Origin: Pseudomonadota bacterium
Lineage (GTDB): Bacteria > Bdellovibrionota_G > JALEGL01 > DATDPG01
DNA: 39,219 nt
NCBI GenBank assembly: GCA_043804515.1
Contig: JAZDIZ010000051.1
Span: 1 to 39,219 of the forward strand
Direction: 5' to 3'
The translations under genes were made by a program, and so were the position numbers. The notes beneath the pieces were generated by a model. It did not search any database, was not told the origin of the DNA, and saw only the letters and a program-made list of their open reading frames with translations. Positions 35,903 through 39,219 of this stretch are shown here, in pieces; positions within the stretch are counted from its first letter, which is position 1, and every line of letters starts with the position of its first letter.

Positions 35903-37216
35903 ATGTTGCGGTTTCTTTCGTCGGCACTTTCAATCGGGCTTCTGGCCCTCGCCACCTATGGTTTATTCGCGGCTTCCGGGTCCGGAAGCGCAAAGGACCT
36001 CGAGGGTTCCGACAAAGTGGATTTTCTCCTGGAACGCCTGGAAAGTTCGCCGAACTTCAAAGTGAGGATTGCGGCGGCGGAAGCGCTCGGAAAGGTCGCG
36101 AACGGGACCGTCGCGGATTGGATGCTTCGCGCATTCCGCAAAGAGAACAATGATGCCGTGCGCCTGGCCACCCTGTATGCCGTGGGCCAGATTCCGGAGG
36201 CCCTTATCGTCCCCCCCCTTCTGGAGCTCTCCACACAGGAGCTGCTTGGGGAACAGGAAATCATCGCCCTGGAGCGCATCATCTGGAATTTCCGCAGAGC
36301 CGTGGCCGTCTCAGAATGGACGAAAGTTCTTTTGGATTCCTCCAAGCACGAGGAGCGGGCGCTCGCGGCCTACCTGATCGGAATGGTGGCCAACGTCTCC
36401 TCGCTCACCGCTCTGATAGCCGCACTGTCCGATCCGGCCCCCACCGTGCGCATGCGGGCGGTGCAAGCCATCGGCCGGATCGGAAGTACCGAAGGAAAGC
36501 CTTTTTGCCAGGCTCTGCGCAAGACCGATCGGGAGCCGACCGTGGCCAAGGCGGCCGCGACGTGCGTGGGGGAGATCGAGCTGGTTTTCGCGCACCGAGT
36601 TCCACGGGAGAACGCCCGCCGCATCGACCTCAAGATCGATCTGGCGGGTCTCCAACCCAACGCCGTGACACCGGCGCTGATGCGCGCCTACCTCAGCAAA
36701 AACGTCAATCCGCGCAAGCTGGAGCGCGTCGTGGCTCAGCTTCGAAAGGAGAAGCCCGAAGCGCGTGAGGACAAGACGATCCGGCTGGTTTGGGACGAAG
36801 CCATTCGCAAGACGATCCGCGTGAACGCCGAAATCGTCACCTTGCACAATTTTCCAATGTTCAGTTTGAGCCGGCTTCGGGAGGCCGTGCGCGAACAGGC
36901 GGGCATCATCGACCAATGTTATCTCACTGCGCTGAAGAGCAACCCGAAACTCGGGGGCGCGGTTTCGTCCCAATTCCTGATCCTGAATGACGGCTCGGTA
37001 GCGACCGTGGAGAGTGTCCGGGCCACTCTCCAGGACCCCAAGGGTCAAAGCTGCATCGTAGATCGCCTGCGGGCCATCCGCTTTCCACAGATCCCCTTCA
37101 AATATGTCACAATGAAGTACGATTTCTCGTTTACTCCGCCGAGGGAGGAGAAATACGAATTCGAAGAGACGCCGGCACCGGCATCCAGCGGGCAGGAACC
37201 CGGCGCGGAGGATTAA
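35903..37216 (+). CDS. exported HEAT-repeat protein with C-terminal AgmX/PglI (TonB-C-like) domain
   Basis: Signal/TM; HEAT repeats (VRIAAAEALG, VRMRAVQAIG); IDQCYLTALKSNPKLGG...F.I..DGSV...CIVDRLRAIRFP...YDFSF. Confidence 0.75.
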   Translation: MLRFLSSALSIGLLALATYGLFAASGSGSAKDLEGSDKVDFLLERLESSPNFKVRIAAAEALGKVANGTVADWMLRAFRKENNDAVRLATLYAVGQIPEALIVPPLLELSTQELLGEQEIIALERIIWNFRRAVAVSEWTKVLLDSSKHEERALAAYLIGMVANVSSLTALIAALSDPAPTVRMRAVQAIGRIGSTEGKPFCQALRKTDREPTVAKAAATCVGEIELVFAHRVPRENARRIDLKIDLAGLQPNAVTPALMRAYLSKNVNPRKLERVVAQLRKEKPEAREDKTIRLVWDEAIRKTIRVNAEIVTLHNFPMFSLSRLREAVREQAGIIDQCYLTALKSNPKLGGAVSSQFLILNDGSVATVESVRATLQDPKGQSCIVDRLRAIRFPQIPFKYVTMKYDFSFTPPREEKYEFEETPAPASSGQEPGAED

Positions 37217-37228
37217 GGGAACAGGACC

Positions 37229-37789
37229 TTAGGCACCTTTTTCCAACTCGTCCAGGATGGACCGGATGCGATCCAGCTTTGCCGGATCGTCACGAGCGGC
37301 ATCAACCGCAAGACGGGCTTCCTCCAGCTTCGCCTTTCGGGAATCCGACTGGGACCTGATCATCGAGACTACCTTGCTGAGGGATTCGAAAAATCCGTGA
37401 AATTCATCCCGGCTGCGGACGGGATCGAGCGAACGAAGCTCCTTCTTTTCCGCGATGTCCTCCAGATACCGCTGCACCCTGAAGACGGGACCGGCGATCC
37501 GATGCGTGATCAGGATCCCGAGCACGAACACGCTTGCGACTTGGAGGAGAAAAAAGCCCCCCAGGAGATAGAGAATCTGCCGGTCCTGCACGGCCACCAA
37601 TGCCTTCACGTCGACGTTCTGGATCTGAAGGATTTCGGTATTGACCATGGTTTTCCGGTACAGCTCATACCCGAGGGCCGCGAAGATGATCGACGAAACG
37701 AGGATCACCATCGCCGTATATTTGAACTGGAAATGTCTATCCACCAGGTAGCGCCGCTGATGAAATCCCGGTTTCCGATCGTCCGTCAT
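37229..37789 (-). CDS. 2-TM membrane protein with HAMP-like segment
   Basis: RRYLVDRHFQFKY, two TMs, THRIAGPVFR...RSRDEF. Confidence 0.75.
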   Translation of the reverse strand: MTDDRKPGFHQRRYLVDRHFQFKYTAMVILVSSIIFAALGYELYRKTMVNTEILQIQNVDVKALVAVQDRQILYLLGGFFLLQVASVFVLGILITHRIAGPVFRVQRYLEDIAEKKELRSLDPVRSRDEFHGFFESLSKVVSMIRSQSDSRKAKLEEARLAVDAARDDPAKLDRIRSILDELEKGA

Positions 37790-39108
37790 GGTCCCGTTAC
37801 CTCGACTTTCTCCGCCTTCGCTTCCAAGATCGCCCGCGGCGAAAATTCGTACTCCACAATGTCCCGAAACAGGAGCGAAGGCTTGATCCTCCAGAAGCGG
37901 TCACTCACGATGACGATGCCCACGGCGATCTGACGTTCCTGGCTCCGGGCATAGCCGACATACCACTCGGTCTTCCCCGGAGGATTCTTTCCCGAGATGG
38001 ATCCCGTCTTTCCCCCCAACTGTAAACGGCCCAGGATCGGATTCTTCTCGAACCTTCGAAACGAGCGTTGCGCCGTGCCCTCCGTTACCGTGGTAAGCAT
38101 CATCCTTCTCATATCCCGCGCCGTCACGGCGCTGATCGCCTGTCTCCAGGCACGTGGACGTCCCTCGTACTTCACTTCGCCTTCGGAATCGGTGACTTTG
38201 CGGATGACGTACGGTTCCATCATAAGGCCTTCGTTCAGCACGGAGCCGGCCAACATCGCACCGTGAAGCGGGCTCAACGTGACATGCCCGAACCCGGCCG
38301 CGGTCCTGGCTTCATCCGCGACGTCATCCTTCGGAATCTGGGCCACACTCGGCGCCAGTTTCAGTTCAAAAGGGATCGAATCGTCGAATCCGAAGCGCCG
38401 GGCATAATCTTCCAGAACCCCGCCGTTCACGTTCCGGGCGGCGATTTTTCCGAACACGATGTTCGCGGATTTCGCGAACGCTTTGGCTAGGGTCATCCCG
38501 TTCCGCCCTGAATCTCTAAGGACCTGCCGCGGGCCGATGCCGTACATGTTCCCGGAAAAAGAGACCGTGCTGTCCCTGCGATACCCCCCCTCTTCCAAAG
38601 CCGCCGAAGCCGTGACCATTTTGAACACGGAGGCCGCGGGAAACGTGGCGCGCAAAGCCAGGTTGTCGATGCCGGGCTCTTTTTCGGAATGCGACCCCAG
38701 AGCCAGAACTTCGCCTGTCGAAGGATCCAGGACCGCGACGCCGGCCCAATCCACCTTATTCCGCTTCAGTTCCTTCTGAATGAAACGCTGGAGATTACCG
38801 TCCAGCGAGAGATCGATCAGCCAGGTGTCACTCCCCCGCGCCACCCGCAATTCGGACGGTCCATCGAGTACGGCTCTCGGATCCACCAGGTCGTTTAGAG
38901 CCAGCTTCTCGCTCGGGTTTCCCGAACTCAGCACGCGCACCGGGGACGGCGCTTCCTCCGAAGCGCTGAACCATTGCACGCCGAACAGAAGATACACCGC
39001 GCCCGCGAACCCTCCGGCCCCCAGAAGGACGGCCGATCGGAGGCGCCGCTTGCGGCGGGGATCCAACGGCGGCGACTTCAGGGTCGTCTGAAACTCTCTC
39101 CAACTCAC
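37786..39108 (-). CDS. penicillin-binding protein, transpeptidase domain
   Basis: N-terminal TM; LDPSTGEVLA, ASVFK (SxxK), SAN (SxN), GKTGS (KTG). Confidence 0.92.
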   Translation of the reverse strand: MSWREFQTTLKSPPLDPRRKRRLRSAVLLGAGGFAGAVYLLFGVQWFSASEEAPSPVRVLSSGNPSEKLALNDLVDPRAVLDGPSELRVARGSDTWLIDLSLDGNLQRFIQKELKRNKVDWAGVAVLDPSTGEVLALGSHSEKEPGIDNLALRATFPAASVFKMVTASAALEEGGYRRDSTVSFSGNMYGIGPRQVLRDSGRNGMTLAKAFAKSANIVFGKIAARNVNGGVLEDYARRFGFDDSIPFELKLAPSVAQIPKDDVADEARTAAGFGHVTLSPLHGAMLAGSVLNEGLMMEPYVIRKVTDSEGEVKYEGRPRAWRQAISAVTARDMRRMMLTTVTEGTAQRSFRRFEKNPILGRLQLGGKTGSISGKNPPGKTEWYVGYARSQERQIAVGIVIVSDRFWRIKPSLLFRDIVEYEFSPRAILEAKAEKVEVTGP

Positions 39109-39138
39109 GGTGTTCCTGTGGTAGAAAATCTAGCATAG

Positions 39139-39219
39139 ATGGAGTTGATCCTCTACCACTTCGAGTCGTGTCCATACTGCGAAAAAGTCCGGCGCGCGAT
39201 CCGCGAATTACAAATCCCC
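39139..39219 (+). CDS. glutaredoxin / GST N-terminal domain protein (partial, runs off right edge)
   Basis: Hand translation MELILYHFESCPYCEKVRRAIRELQIP, with a CPYC active site. Confidence 0.85.
   Translation, partial: MELILYHFESCPYCEKVRRAIRELQIP

Overview
A GC-rich bacterial chromosomal window; the gene content suggests a deltaproteobacterial lineage such as Bdellovibrionota or Myxococcota (inference only). Left to right: a partial membrane protein; a stand-alone rplC with its own promoter and no rpsJ/rplD neighbours; uvrB, cysS and a cardiolipin-synthase-like gene; an M23 peptidase plus bactofilin-like pair; a CPA2 antiporter; small secreted and outer-membrane genes; and an acyl-CoA dehydrogenase. 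Next is an ~8.2 kb island (11981-20190) of six multiheme c-type cytochromes (48 heme motifs by hand count, some CX3CH/CX4CH) and two beta-barrels, including an MtrA/DmsE-MtrB-like pair, with FNR-like boxes. Then come a TMTC-like GT-C/TPR gene, a peptide-use cluster (EamA, POT-like MFS, OPT, M29 aminopeptidase, aminopeptidase P), lemA with two TPM genes, and a DUF5684-like gene. An ~1.55 kb transposase-free unit (32889-34433) encodes an HNH nuclease between nested inverted repeats and carries the same 19-bp palindromic site inside the gene and upstream of it; this is the best candidate for an undescribed system. The window ends with a QEGLA/DUF1704 peptidase, a HEAT plus AgmX/PglI-C protein, a HAMP-like membrane protein, a transpeptidase-only PBP and the start of a glutaredoxin. 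No rRNA, tRNA or CRISPR array was seen. All family assignments come from motif recognition, not database searches.
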